From Eledone cirrhosa (Eukaryota), in contig OZ024766.1 in assembly GCA_964016885.1 (NCBI GenBank), forward strand, positions 16,554,001 to 16,618,000: DNA of 64,000 bases, in the 5' to 3' direction. Shown piece by piece: positions 11,180-26,819 of the stretch (position 1 is the first letter of the stretch; every line of letters begins with the position of its first letter). The notes beneath the pieces were generated by a model that ran no database searches, was not told where the DNA came from, and saw nothing but the letters and a program-made list of their open reading frames with translations. The position numbers were made by a program, and so were the translations under genes.

Positions 11180-11790
11180 GGTGGAAGACTTACGTAGATT
11201 AGAGAGAAACGAAGCCTGCATGCTCCGATGGATGTGTAACAGTAATATACGTGAACGACAAAGCATAAATGAATTGAGAGAGACACTGAACATAAGAGGA
11301 ATCAAATGCTGTGTGCAGGAGAGGCGGTTGCGCTGGTATGGACATGTGATGCGTATGAAGGATGACAGCTGCATAAAAAGGTGCAGAGCACTAGAAGTTG
11401 ATGGAAACCGCGGAGTGGGGAGGCCCAATATGACCTGGGATGAGGTGATAAAAGCCGACCTTACCCAATTACACCTCTTAAAGACAATGATACACGACCG
11501 TGACTTCTGGCGTCACGCAGTAATACAGAGTACCCGACCTCCCATGGGTACATGCTGAAGCATATAAACAATATGTGGACGTGTAGGCGCCACGAAAAAG
11601 CACCCAGCACTCACTGTAAATGAGGTTGGTGTTAGGAAGGGCATCCAGCTGTAGAAATCAAAGCCAGATCAGTTCCTGTATGAGCAAGGCATGGTCAGCC
11701 GACCAGACACTGCACACAACAGGAAAACCCGTCTAACCCATGCTAGCGTGGAAGAACGGACGTAAAACGGTGATGATGATGATGATGATG
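11180..11790 (+). mobile_element. 5'-truncated RTE LINE 3' fragment with 25-bp TSD
   Basis: EDLRRLERNEACMLRWMC..RRLRWYGHVMRM; (TGA)n tail; TSD at 11155-11179 and 11791-11815 (1 mismatch). Confidence 0.9.
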
Positions 11791-11799
11791 AATATATAT

Positions 11800-11922
11800 A
11801 TAGGAAAATCTTTAACCCCGACGGCAGAGCTCAAGCCATTTCGACGGTTATTTCTGGACTGTTTCCAGAAATAGCCATCGAAACGGATTGAGCTCTGCCG
11901 TCGGGGTTAAACATTTTCTTAT
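11800..11922. repeat. 123-bp hairpin copy
   Basis: Same as 1824-1946. Confidence 0.9.
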
Positions 11923-12147
11923 TACCCACTCTACTACCCTAAGTATTGAGTACTCTGGTGCGTATATGGTCCATCTGGTTCTTTACCACACCTCCTTTGT
12001 TATATATATATATATATATAAAATTATAAGAAACGAAAGGAGCTGTGTGGTTACTGTAAACAAAGTTTGAGATGGTAATATGGATGAAAGGAGAAAATAA
12101 ACCCTTCATCAGCTGTAAACCGAGATCATAGATGTTTTGGCACATAT

Positions 12148-15100
12148 CATCATCATCATCATCATTTTACGTCCGCTTTTCCCTGCTTGCAAGGGTGGGA
12201 CGGGTCTTATTCAGCACAGCATCTCTCCACTCGTCACGGTCCCTCGTCATCTCCACCGTGAGCTTCAATGATCTGAGGTCTGTTCTCACCATCTCCGCCC
12301 ATGTTTTTCGTGGTCTACCTCTACTACGTCTTCCTTCAACTGGCATTTCCTGGCACTTCTTCACCCATCGGTCATCCTCCATGCGCATCACATGTCCATA
12401 CCACCTCAGTCTCCTCTCCCGTACACTACATTCTATCCCTCTCAGACACAGTTTCTCTCTCAACACATTTATGCTGGGTCGTTCACGCACATTTACACTG
12501 CACATCCAACGGAGCATGCTTGCCTCATTTCTCTCCAGCCGTCGCATATCTTCTGCGGTAGCTGCCCATGTCTCACTACCATGCAGCATCGCGCTCCTCA
12601 CACAGGCATCATACAACCGGCCTTTCGTACGCAGGGAGAAACCCTTCTTCGTCAACAGAGGAAGCAGCTCCCTAAACTTCTTCCAACCCGTCCTTATTCT
12701 AGATACTATGGCCTCGGAACACCCTCCTCCCATGCTAATCTGATCTCCTAGATACCGGAAGCTATCCACCACTTCTATAGCGCCCTCTCGCATTTGAAAA
12801 ATGTGTCTATCAGTGCGACTTCTACTGTCTAATTTCCCTGTACATCTACTGCATACATATTTCTCCCTACCTGTTAGTTTGCCTGCTATCCCGCTACATC
12901 TCTTGTGTACCCAGGACCTACATTGTGTGCATTTTATAGAATTTATGCCAGTTCCTTTTCTGCATATCGAACATGGCCATTTCCATGACGGAATCAGGGT
13001 TTTGTCCTCTTTTCTACTCATCAACACTTTTGTCTTAGCTAGATTTACTCTCAGTCCTCTTGCTTCCAACTGCTGTTTCCATAGCCGGAATTTATTCTCT
13101 AGCTCCTCTACTGATTCTGCCATAAGAGCCAGATCGTCAGCATAGAGAAGTTCCCATGGACAGCCAGTCTTAAACTCCTCTGTTATGGCTTGGAGGACTA
13201 TAATGAACAAGAGCGGGCTGAGGACCGAACCCTGATGTACTCCTACTTGTATCTGGAATGCCTCACTAAACTCCATTCCTACCCTGACTTTACTGAGAGT
13301 ACCTCTGTACAAAGTTTGCACTGTCCTTACAAGCCATTCCTCAACACCCAGCTTCCTTAGGGACCACCAGATGACAGATCGGGGTACCCTATCAAAGGCC
13401 TTCTCTAGGTCAACAAAGGCCAAGTATAGTGGCTTATTCTTCTCTAAGAACCTCTCTTGCATTTGTCTCACCAAGAAGAGGGCATCTGTTGTACTCTTCC
13501 CAGGCACAAAACCAAACTGCATCTCATCTAGTTTGACCCTTTCTCTAATTAGTTGTGCTAAAATCCTTTCTGCCACTTTCATAACCTGATCTATCAGTTT
13601 TATACCCCTATAATTGCTCCTCTCCAAAGCATCCCCTTTACCTTTGTAGCAATTTATGAGAATACTGCTGCACCAGTCTTTGGGTATGACACCACCATAT
13701 ATAGCCTGATTGATTATGCGTGCAACCAGTTTAGTGCCTACGTCCCCTGATGCCTTCAGCATCTCAGCAACTATTCCCGATGGTCCGGCCGCCTTACCAT
13801 TTTTCATTTCCCTAATCGCCTCTTGGACCCTATATTCATCAATCTCAATAGCTGGTCCCTCTGTCGGATCTACCAAGGGTAATTTCTCTCTCTCCCATTC
13901 GTTCTCCACATTCATCAGTCTCTCATAATGACATTTCCAGGCCTCCTTTTTCTGGTCATTCGTGACACTAAGTACACCGGCATCATCCCGGACACATTTA
14001 TCACCAACAACATCCTGATTTGCATTGACACACTGCCTTGCAATGTGGAACACCGCACGCCTCTGATCTTCCCGTCGCAGAACATTGGCAAACCTCCTAC
14101 TCTCTGCTTCCCTGCGTGCTAAGTACACCTGACGTCTAGCTTCTCTCTTAGTGGCTGTATATTCTTCCCTACTCCCACCCTTATTCCAAGCCTTCCATGC
14201 TAGTCTTTTGTCTCTAATAGCCTTATCTACACTGCTGTTCCACCACCAGGTCACTCTCTGTCTGGTTGGGGCTCTGCTCCAGCCACAAGTTTCATCAGTA
14301 GCCTTCAGCAAGTTGTCACGTAAGAACTTCCAGTTATTATCTATGTCATACGTCTCTAAATCGTCTTCTTTTTCGTCATATACATCTTGAAGGGCTTTCC
14401 TAAATTTGAATTTTAGTGAAAGGTCTTTTAGCTTCCAGACCTTTCTTCTCCACACCTTCCTATATGGCTCATTCCATCTCTTGCTTACTGAGATATCACT
14501 AACAACTAACCTATGCTGTGGGGTACATTCTTCCCCAGGTATGCCTTGGTATTAGACACTATCTGCCTGTCCCGCTGCCTAACTAGCAGGAAGTCAATCT
14601 GGCTTATGTGCTCACCAGATTTGTAGGTTATTAGGTGATTGGCAGGTTTCTGGAAGTTTGTGTTGCAAATAGTCAATGTACTTGCATCACAAAATTCAAG
14701 AAGTCTCACTCCTTCTTCATTTCTTGAACCGTAACCATGCCCACCATGTACCCCAGTGTAACCATCCTGGAGCTGTCCAACATGACCATTGAAGTCTCCT
14801 GCTAGCATAACGATGTCTCCGTCCTCTGTCATTGTGGTTGTTTGCAAAAGTTGCTCATAAAAGCAGTCTTTCTCATCTTTGCCTAGGCCTGCTTGGGGAG
14901 CATAGACCGAGATGATTGTCAGTAGTCTCCTACCTACAACTAATCTAAGCTTAATTATTCGATTACTAACTCGAACTACCTCTATTGTCTTATTGATCCA
15001 TTTCTCAGCCAGGAAAATGCCTACTCCCCCTAACCCATCATCCTTACCTACCCAGAATAGCTTATAGCTAAGACGCTTGCCTACGACTAGTCTCGCAGAG

Positions 15101-15197
15101 GCACCTCTCCATCTCACCTCTTGCACGCAGCACACATCCACCTGCCTTCTCTCCAGCATCTCCGCTATTTCAGCAGATCTACCTCTGAGAGTGCCAA
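12148..15197 (-). mobile_element. RTE-clade LINE (APE endonuclease + RT), frameshifted copy
   Basis: APE motifs QEVRW, YAPQ, GDFNGHVG, QIDF; RT motif YADD; (TGA)n tail. A 1-bp deletion at ~14538 splits ORFs 14506-15159 and 12167-14455. Confidence 0.95.
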
Positions 15198-15424
15198 CAT
15201 ATATATATATATATATACAGTGTTTGTAAATTCTGTACCATACAGATTTGTCAGCACAAGTCTTGGTTACAACTTCTACAAATAAAATGAAAGGAGAATA
15301 ATTTCAGAACAAACAAGTTTTATTCAAGATATTAACAACATTGGTGGCACTATTTTGGGTGAATGACATAGTTTTTATCTTGTCTGATTGTGTTTGTGTT
15401 ACATTAAGTAACCTTATGTTGGTA

Positions 15425-17056
<1,632 letters not shown>

Positions 17057-17572
17057 AATAATTCTTCTACCCTTGGCAGAATTTACAGATGTTATTCTTT
17101 AATATTTTTCATATTATATTCCTAAAAAATATTTTTTCTGTTATATTTCCCTCAATTATGATCTCAGTTAATACCTGAAGATGATGCAAACTTCTTTGTC
17201 ATTGAAGCTGAGTTAAAATACAAAATATATCTCTCATATATATACCACACAGTGAAGAAAAGGAATTTTGTCTTTAAACTCAGTTCTGAGGAAATATATC
17301 ACAGTAATTCTGATAGATTTATATAAACAGTGTTATATAAGTTCTGTTTAAAAAGTTTTAATCTTCAAATGATGATAAATAGAGGTGATGTATCCAAGAT
17401 TGAAAATAATAATTTATCCCAATGTCATCTGATATTCTGAAATGAAAAAGAACCAGTATGAAATAATAGAGAATATTTAAGAAGCAGAGATAGATTTAAC
17501 AGTGGAAATTTTACATCTATAAACCCTGGAAACTTTTTATTGAAAAATCAAATTATTTTAATTTTTAATTTG

Positions 17573-18245
17573 TTACAAGAAATCTTCCTCCACACCTGCA
17601 ACCATGAGTGCATCTGGGGTTCTCTTCTCTTCAGAGAGATGGATCCTCATGAGGTGGAGAGAATACTTTGCTGATCTCCCAAACCCGATCACAACAGCAT
17701 CTTCGGATGTACATGAGGTGAATCTGATAGCGGTGACTAATCTCTCGGAGGCTGAGGTCACAAGAGCAATTAAAGAGCTCAAATGTGACCGACTCATGTG
17801 TGTCAGATGGCCTGGGTCTCTGAAATGGCACTCGGGAGTGATAATCTCAATTTATAAAAAGGGAGACATGAGAGATTGTTCCAAATAGAGAGGGATCACC
17901 TTGTTAAGACTCCCTGGTAAAGTATATGCTAAGTTTCTGGCAAAGTGATGTAGCGAGTCCGAGCTAGGTGATGGACAGTGCTGTTTTCTCCCTGGGTGCA
18001 ACATAACCCACCAAATATTCACACTGTGGCAGGTCTTTGAGAAATCATGGGAGTATTGCCAAGAGGTATATATTATCGTTTTACAGACCTTGAAAATGCA
18101 TATGATCGCATTCTTCAGGACCTGCTGTGCATACAGGAGTTCCCATGGGCAGCCAGTCATAAACATCTCTGTTATAGGCTGCAGGACGATAATAACTAAG
18201 TGAGGGCTAACAACAGAGCCCTGGTGGACACCAGACTACACTCCA
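17573..18245. pseudogene. RTE RT relic (+) joined to an inverted fragment of a second RTE (-)
   Basis: Plus strand QIFTL.Q..EKSWEY..DLENAYDRI; minus strand TGCPWELLYA resembles the 3-kb LINE. Also at ~37689-38360, 49596-50190 and 59428-60115. Confidence 0.78.
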
Positions 18246-18739
18246 AATTATTCACTATAATTGTTTCTATTTTAAACACAAGGCCAGCATTTAACCAGTA
18301 CATTACTGGTACTTTATTTTATCAACCCCGTATGGATGTAAGGCAAAGTTAACCTCGGCTGGATTTGAACTCAGATCATAAAGGGACGTAACTCTGTGCC
18401 TCAAAGAATGGTGTCCGACTCTCTACCGATACTGCCACTTCACTATAATGAATGTTAATCCTGACATTGCTGACTGCTCTTCTATACATGGCTTTATGAT
18501 CCTCTATACAAGACATGTATCAGACGGTTATTCAGCTAGCTCTTTAGAGTATTAGAACCTTAGTATGTACAGCCACCGAGATCCCACACCAACAGATGAC
18601 CCTTCACCATCAAAGCAGTTCCCTGAAATACAGATACTCAACCCCTACTTGGCTGGCTAATCATACATAATTATAATGAAATGAAACCCACAATAAAGTA
18701 ATGTTCAACCATAAGTAGATGAAGTTAATTAAATTGTAA

Positions 18740-19216
18740 GAGATTTAGATAACAAAAATATCTTTAACTTACTTAAAGCAATAACAAGGTACAGCTAAAT
18801 ATAAACTATATTTTATAATGTAAGGTAGTGAACCACATAATTAAATAGACGGAGTGAATTTAGATAACAAAAATATCTTTAATTTACTTAAACCAATAAC
18901 AAGGTACAGCTAAATATAAAATACATTTTATAATGTAAGGTAGTGAACCACATAATTAAATAGACGGGGTTAATTTAAATAATAAATATATCTTTAATTT
19001 ACTTAAAGCAATGACAAGGTACAGCTAAATATAAACTATATTTTATAATGTCAGGTAGTGAACCACATAATTAAATAGACGGAGATAATTTAAATAATAA
19101 ATATAGCTTTAACTTACTTAAAGCAATAACAAGGTATCGCTAAATATAAACTATATTTTATAATGTACGGTAGTGAACAAGATAATTAAATAGACGGAGG
19201 TAATTTAGATAATAAA
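18740..19216. repeat. 115-bp AT-rich repeat (~4 copies)
   Basis: Same unit as 6621-6890. Confidence 0.88.
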
Positions 19217-19961
19217 GACAGTCATAACAATATATTTTATATCACATGTAACAGTGGAATCTGGTTAATTACTGGTGCGTTGTAGGGGTCACATAATTAT
19301 ATTATTTACACACATTAATATAGACATTAAGTAAATCTTTGTCAACTTACCTCCTTCACATACAATCAATGTATTGTGTTGTTAGTTGTTACTAAACAAC
19401 CAAAGAAATAATCTCTTTGTTATCAAATTAGAAGTTTCAATGTTATCAGCTTTATTTCACGACATTAACGTTGGTGTATCTTCTTCATCTTTAGTCATAA
19501 ATTGATATCTTGTCAGAATGAAGTAGTGAGGCTGACTTTATGTCTTTAGCTACAGATTTGATAGGAAATATATATATATTAGGATGATATGTGGTCTAAA
19601 ATATATATGTTGTCTATAAATGACTGAGAGCAGATGTTCTGGTGAAATAGTAGTTTTACTACTACAGATTATAATGGAACTCTTAGTAGACACAATTGTA
19701 AAGTAAGAATAGATATGACAGTGTAAGACTGATGTCGGGGAATTAATATTGTGTGTGTATATATATATATAATTGTTATACAAGATATAATTAGATTAAT
19801 TAAAGTTATAATGAAGACAACAAGTACTCGGTGTCTTAGTGAATGTTTCAACTCTCGTACGGTGTCAAACGTTAAAAGGCCCTGACATAATTTAATACCT
19901 TGAGACACAGTTCCAGTCGTATTTAATTCTATAGTGATGTGATTTATTAAAAAGAAATGTG

Positions 19962-20190
19962 ATAATTGTTTCTACTTTTGGCACAAGGCCAGCAATTACC
20001 CTAGTGTATTACTGGTACATTATTTTATCGACCCCGTAATAATTGTTTCTACTTTAGGCACAAGGCCAGTAAATACGCCAGTGCATTACTGGTACTATAT
20101 TTTATCGACCCTGTAATAATTTTTTCTACATTAGGCACAAGGCCAGCAATACCCCAGTACATTACTGGTACTTTATTTTACCGACCCCGT
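19962..20190. repeat. 77-bp SINE-derived repeat (3 copies)
   Basis: Same unit as 7634-8010. Confidence 0.85.
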
Positions 20191-20243
20191 AGGGATGAAA
20201 GGCAAAGCTAACCTCTGAGGGATTAACTTTGCTTTTCATCCTT

Positions 20244-20660
20244 ATCTCTATACATATAGAAAATGGACAGAGTGTGTACTTCACTGAAACCACTGCTCAT
20301 CAGTTGAGACCAGCACCACCTGACACTACTCTAACTGCTTTTTTGAAACTCTGCCAGAATAACGAATTTGTTCGATCCCTCCTATATGCTGACATCCCAA
20401 AATACTACACCTGGACCTATTGTAAGACTTGGAATCAAAGGAAGCAGGGTCATTTAGTGGAAGGTGATGAAGTCAAGGCAAGTGATGCTATTGGGCATGT
20501 TTACGATGACCACCCCAACAACAGAGAGAGTTTTTATTTACAGCCACTTCTGCTTATTTTTCGAGGACCAACGTCATTTGAGGATCTCAGGTGATTTGGT
20601 GGAAGAGTGCAGCACATACCAAGAAGCATTTATAGAACATCAAATCCTGCATGGCAATTG
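20244..20660 (+). pseudogene. Helitron RepHel fragment
   Basis: ORF 20229-20594: HIENGQSVYF...RGPTSFEDLR. Confidence 0.85.
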
Positions 20661-21539
20661 ATATTGGAAGAAGAGACAAGAAGGGGCAGTCACTGGAGTA
20701 GCCAGTTAAATAAGACAGCCATGGACACCTGTATGACAACTGACATTGGAAGAAGGGACTAGAAGGAACAGTCACTGGAGTAGCCAGTTAAATAAGACAA
20801 CCATGGACACCTGTATGACAACTGACATTGGAAGAAGAGACTAGAAAGAGCAATCACTGGAGTAGCTAGTTAAATAAGACAGCCATGGACACCTGTATGA
20901 CAACTGACATTGGAAGAGACTAGGAGTAGTCACTGGAGTAGCTAGTTATATAAGACAGCCATGGACTCCTGTATGACAAATGACATTGGAAGAAGGGATT
21001 AGAAGGAGCAGTCACTAGAGTAGCCAGTTAAATAAGACAGCCATGGACTCCTGTATGACAACTGACATTGGTAGAAGAGACTAGAAGGAGCAGTCACTGG
21101 AGTAGCCAGTTAAATAAGACAGCCATGGACACCTGTATGGCAACTGACATTGGAAGAAGGCACTAGAAGGGGCAGTCACTGGAGTAGCCAGTTAAATAAG
21201 ACAGCCATGGACTCCTGTATGACAACTAACATTGGAAGAAGAGATTAGAAGGAGCAGTCACTGGAGTAACCAGTTAAATAAGACAGCCATGGACACCTGT
21301 ATGGCAATTGATATTGGAAGAAGAGACTAGAAGGGGCAGTCACTGGAGTAGCTAGTTAAATAAGACAGCCATGGACACCTGTATGACAACTGACATTGGA
21401 AGAAGAGACTAGAAGGGGCAGTCACTGGAGTAGCCAGTTAAATAAGACAGTCATGGACACCTGTATGACAACTGACATTGGAAGAAGAGACTAGAAGGGG
21501 CAGTCACTGGAGTAGCCAGTTAAATAAGACAGCCATGGA
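20648..21539 (+). repeat. 82-bp satellite (~11 copies)
   Basis: Same unit; ends abruptly in (TA)n. Confidence 0.95.
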
Positions 21540-21976
21540 TATATATATATATCAACTAGAAATTGATTGACATATAAATAAACATATGAAACAATCACAG
21601 GGGATAATTTGTAAAAGTGTGTAAGCACACATAGCTAGGTTGGTAACTAAATAAAGTTTAACTAGAACTTCAAAAATAGATACCTTAGAAAACGATTAAT
21701 CTTCCTTGTCTATATTCCATTAAAGAAATATATTTCACCAATTAATCGATTGGTAAACGACAGTAGCCAGATCTTGGATTCTCAACCAGGAAGAAGTCCA
21801 ACCATCTGTGTTTACGCATCAAGTTCAAATCAGCGACTGACCAGTAACACGTGCTGTATCTACTAAATATACACACATCATACCAGCTTCGTCCCAGTGG
21901 CGTGAATAGGGTTATTGACTACTAGAAACAGCAGTCAGGTCCTTTCAACAGGAGTTAGCTCTACAATTAAGAGGCC

Positions 21977-22206
21977 GTATTTATATATATATTTCCAAAA
22001 TTAAGATAAATTAAAATAAAATTAATCTAAATCAAATTATGGGTGTAATGCCAGAAAGACATGCACCATATCACCCGTAAAATAAGCTCCATGGAGCTTA
22101 TTTTACGGGTGATATGTCACATGTCTTTCTGGCATGACTCCCATAATTTGATTTACATTAATTTTATGTTAATTTATCTTAATTTTGGATATATATATAT
22201 AAATAC
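21977..22206. repeat. 230-bp palindrome copy
   Basis: Matches 1271-1500. Confidence 0.9.
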
Positions 22207-22492
22207 AGAGAAAGAGAAGAGTAGACAAACAGACAATGACAAAGAAGAGGAATTAACCACCCCAGTATTTCACTGGTATTTCATTTATTGGCCTCAAAAT
22301 ATCGAAGCAAATTTACCTCAGTAGGATTTGTACTCTGAGAACTAGAACAGACACTGAAAATATATCAAGATGTGCACACATGTATATAAGAACACATATA
22401 AACATACACATACATATATACACACACACATATACACAAATACAGATAATCATTTTCATGGACAGAAACTTCTACACACTGACATATACACT

Positions 22493-22529
<37 letters not shown>

Positions 22530-22534
<5 letters not shown>

Positions 22535-22652
22535 AAAATGTTTAACCCCGATGGCAGAGCTCAAGCCATTTCGACGGTTATTTCTGGACTGTTTCCAGAA
22601 ATAGCCGTCGAAACGGATTGAGCTCTGCCGTCGGGGTTAAACATTTTCCTAT
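22530..22652. repeat. 123-bp hairpin copy
   Basis: Matches 1824-1946. Confidence 0.9.
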
Positions 22653-23085
22653 TACCCGCTCTACTACCCTAAGTATCGAGTACTCTGGTGCGTATATGGT
22701 CCATCTCGTTCTTTACCACACTTCCTTTGTCATATATATATAAAATTATAAGAAACGAAAGGAGCTGTGTGGTTACTGTAAACAAATTTTAAGATGGTAA
22801 TATGGATGAAAGGAGAGAAGAAACCCTTCATCAGCTGTAAACCGAGATCATAGATGTTTTGGCACATATATATATATACAGTGTTTGTAAATTCTGTACC
22901 ATACAGATTTGTCCGCATAAGTCTTGGTTACAACTTCTACTAATAAAATGAAAGGAGAATAATTTCAGAACAAACAAGTTTTATTGAAAACATTAACAAC
23001 ATTGGTGGCACTATTTTGGGTGAGTGACATGGTTTTTATCTTGTCTGATTGTGTTTGTGTAACATTAAGTAACCTTATGTTGGTA

Positions 23086-24006
23086 CCACAACATTTAGAA
23101 AATGATTTGCCACAGACATCACAATTATATGGTTCCTCTCCTGTATATGTTAGTGTCTAGTGAAGTCACAACATATAGAGAAGGATTTATCACAGACATC
23201 ACAGTGATATGGTTCCTCTCCTGTATATGTTAGTGTGTAGTGAAGCCACAATATTTAGAGAAGGATTTATCACAGACATCACAGTGATATGGTTCCTCTC
23301 CTGTATGTTAGTTTCTAGTGAAGTCACAACATTTAGAGAATGATTTACCACAGACATCACAGTGATATGGTTCCTCTCCTGTATATGTTAGTGTCTAGTG
23401 AAGTCACAACATTTAGAGAAGGATTTATCACAGACATCACAGTGATATAGTTCCTCTCCTGTATATGTTAGTGTCTAGAGAAACCACAACATTTAGAGAA
23501 TGATTTACCACAGACATCACAGTGATAAGGTTCCTCTCCTGTATATGTTAGTGTGTAGTGAAGCCACAACATTTAGAGAATGATTTACTACAGACATCAC
23601 AGTGATATGGTTCCTCTCCTGTATATGTTAGTGTGTAGTGAAGCCACATTTAGAGAATGATTTACTGCAAATATCACAGTGATATGGTTCCTTTTCTGTA
23701 AATGTTAGTGCTGAGTGAAGTGACTTATTTCAGAGAATGATTTCCCACAGATATCACAGTGATATGGTTTCTCTCCTGTATATATATCTTTCTGCCTAGT
23801 TAAGCTAGCTTTTATAGATAACAATTTCTCACAGATATCACAGTAATATGGCTTTTCTCCAGTATATATTTATGTTTGTATGTAGTTAATGTAGCAATAC
23901 AAGAGAATAATTTCTCCACAATATCACAGTGGTATGGCTTCTCACTCATATGAATGTATTTGTGTCTAATTAATTTACAATTTTGAGACAATGAGATATG
24001 ACTTTG
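23086..24006 (-). repeat. Degenerate ZF / 80-bp pseudo-finger array
   Basis: Matches 2380-3300. Confidence 0.9.
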
Positions 24007-25284
24007 TTATGGTCTCTTACCTGTATGGGTATATTTGTGTTTAGTTAAACTACTTAATTGAGAGAATGATTTACCACAGATATCACAGCGATATGGCTTC
24101 TCTACTGTATGTATACGTTTGTGTCTAGTTAAGGTACCACTTTCAGAGAATGATTTACCACAGATATCACAGTGATATGGGTTCTCTCCTGTATGTATAC
24201 GTTTGTGGCTAGTTAAGGTACAACTTTGAAAGAATGATTTACCACAGATATGACAGTGATATGGGTTCTCTCCTGTATGTATACGTTTGTGGCTAGTTAA
24301 GGTACAACTTTGAGAGAATGATTTACCACAGATATCACAGTGATATGGCTTGTCTCCTGTATGGGTACGTATGTGGCTAGTTAAGGGACCACTTAGAGAG
24401 AATGATTTACCACAGATATCACAGCGATATGGCTTCTCTACTGTATGTATACGTTTGTGTCTAGTTAAGCTACCACTTTCAGAGAATGATTTACCACAGA
24501 TATCACAGTGATATGGCTTGTCTCCAGTATGGGTACGTATGTGGCTAGTTAAGTTACCACTTTCAGAGAATGTTTTACCACAGATATCACAGTGATATGG
24601 CTTATCACCTGTATGGGTACGGATGTGACAAGTTAATATACTACTTCGAGAGAATGATTTACCACAGATATCACAGTGATATGGGTTCTCTCCTGTATGT
24701 ATACGTTTGTGGCTAGTTAAGGTACAACTTTGAGAGAATGATTTACCACAGATATCACAGTGATATGGCTTGTCTCCTGAATGGGTACGTATGTGGCTAG
24801 TTAAGGGACCACTTAGAGAGAATGATTTACCACAGATATCACAGCGATATGGCTTCTCTACTGTATGTATACGTTTGTGTCTAGTTAAGCTACCACTTTC
24901 AGAGAATGATTTACCACAGATATCACAGTGATATGGCTTGTCTCCAGTATGGGTACGTATGTGGCTAGTTAAGTTACCACTTTCAGAGAATGTTTTACCA
25001 CAGATATCACAGTGATATGGCTTCTCTCCTGTATGGGTACGTTTGTGGCTAGTTAAGGTACAACTTTGAGAGAATGATTTACCACAGATATCACAGTGAT
25101 ATGGCTTCTCTCCGGTATGTGTACGTTTGTGGCTTGTTAAATTACCCTTAACAAAGAATGATTTACCACAGACATCACAGTGAAATGGCTTCTCTCCTCT
25201 ATCCTTTGACATCTCTTCTGTAATAGCCATATCTTTAGACATTGTTTCACATTTAATCTTCTTTTCACTCAATATATTTTCCAT
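24007..25284 (-). CDS. C2H2 zinc-finger protein A2, 14 fingers
   Basis: 425 aa = 33 + 14x28. Confidence 0.95.
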   Translation of the reverse strand: MENILSEKKIKCETMSKDMAITEEMSKDRGEKPFHCDVCGKSFFVKGNLTSHKRTHTGEKPYHCDICGKSFSQSCTLTSHKRTHTGEKPYHCDICGKTFSESGNLTSHIRTHTGDKPYHCDICGKSFSESGSLTRHKRIHTVEKPYRCDICGKSFSLSGPLTSHIRTHSGDKPYHCDICGKSFSQSCTLTSHKRIHTGENPYHCDICGKSFSRSSILTCHIRTHTGDKPYHCDICGKTFSESGNLTSHIRTHTGDKPYHCDICGKSFSESGSLTRHKRIHTVEKPYRCDICGKSFSLSGPLTSHIRTHTGDKPYHCDICGKSFSQSCTLTSHKRIHTGENPYHCHICGKSFFQSCTLTSHKRIHTGENPYHCDICGKSFSESGTLTRHKRIHTVEKPYRCDICGKSFSQLSSLTKHKYTHTGKRP

Positions 25285-25915
25285 AATAATTCTTCTTCCC
25301 TTGGCAGAATTTACAGATGTTATTCTTTAATATTTTTTATATTATAGTCCTAAAAAATATTTCTTCTGTTATATTTCCCTCAATTATGATCTCAGTTAAT
25401 ATCTGAAATGATCAAACTTCTTTGTCATTGAAGTTGAGTTAAAATACAAAATATATCTCTCATATATACACCACACAGTGAAGAAAAGGAATTTTGTCTT
25501 TAAACTCAGTTCTGAGGAAATATATCACAGTAATTCTGATTGATTTTTATAAACAGTGTTATATAAGTTCTGTTTAAAAAGTTTTAATCTTCAAATGATG
25601 ATAAATAGAGGTGATGTATCCAAGATTGAAAACAATAATTTTCACAGTAATTCTGATAGATTTATATAAACAGTGTTATATAAGTTCTGTTTAAAAAGTT
25701 TTAATCTTCAAATGATGATAAATAGAGGTGATGTATCCAAGATTGAAAATAATAATTTATCCTAATGTCATCTTATATTCTGAAATGAAAAAGAAACAGT
25801 ATGAGATAATAGAGAATACTTAAGAAGCAGAGATAGATTTAACAGTGGAAATTTTACATCTATAAACCCTGGAAACTTTTTATTGAAAAATCAAATTATT
25901 TTAGTTTTTAATTAG

Positions 25916-26290
25916 TTACAAGAATTCTTCCTCCACACCTGCAACCATGACTGCATCTGGGGTTCTCTTCTCTTCAGAGAGATGGAGAGAATACTTTGCT
26001 GATCTCCCAAACCCGATCACAACAGCATCTTCGGACGTACATGAGGTGAATCTGATAGCGGTGACTAATCTCTCGGAGGCTGAGGTCACAAGAGCAATTA
26101 AAGAGCTCAAATGTGACCGACTCATGTGTGTCAGATGGCCTGGGACTCTGAAATGGCACTCAAGCAAAGGCAATCGGGAGTGATAATCCCAATTTATAAA
26201 AAGGGAGACACGAGAGATTGTTCCAAATAGAGAGGGATCACCTTGTTAAGCCTCCCTGGTAAAGTATATGCTAAGTTTCTGGCAAAGTGA
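25916..26290 (+). pseudogene. Decayed RTE RT fragment
   Basis: Paralog of 5714-6090. Confidence 0.78.
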
Positions 26291-26819
26291 TTTGCCAGAA
26301 CACAAGACCAGCAATTACCCAGTACATTACTGGTACTTTATTTTATCGACCCCATATGGATGTAAGGCAAAGTTAACCTCGGCGGGATTTGAACTCAGAT
26401 CATAAAGGGACGTAACTCTGTGCTTAAAAGCATGGTGTCCGACTCCCTACCGATACTGCCACTTCACTATGAATGTTAATCCTGACATTGCTGACTGCTC
26501 TTCTATACATGGCTTTATGATCCTCTATACAAGACATGTATCAGACGGTTATTCAGCTAGCTCTTTAGAGTATTAGAACCTTATTATGTACAGCCACCGA
26601 GATCCCACACCAACAGATGTCCCTTCACCATCAAAGCAGTGCCCTGAAATACAGATACTCAACCCCTACTTGGATGGCTAACTCAAACATAATTATAATG
26701 AAATGAAACCCACAATAAAGTAATGTTCAACCATAAGTAGATGAAGTTAATTAAATTGTAAGAGATTTAATAAAATAGACAAAATATTAATTTACTTGAA
26801 TTAAATAGACGTTTAAATT

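Noticed and set aside
12132-14390. Multiple plus-strand ORFs (up to 203 aa) opposite the RTE ORF, also at 32331-34826
   Set aside because: Antisense shadows of the LINE ORF with no recognisable domains.
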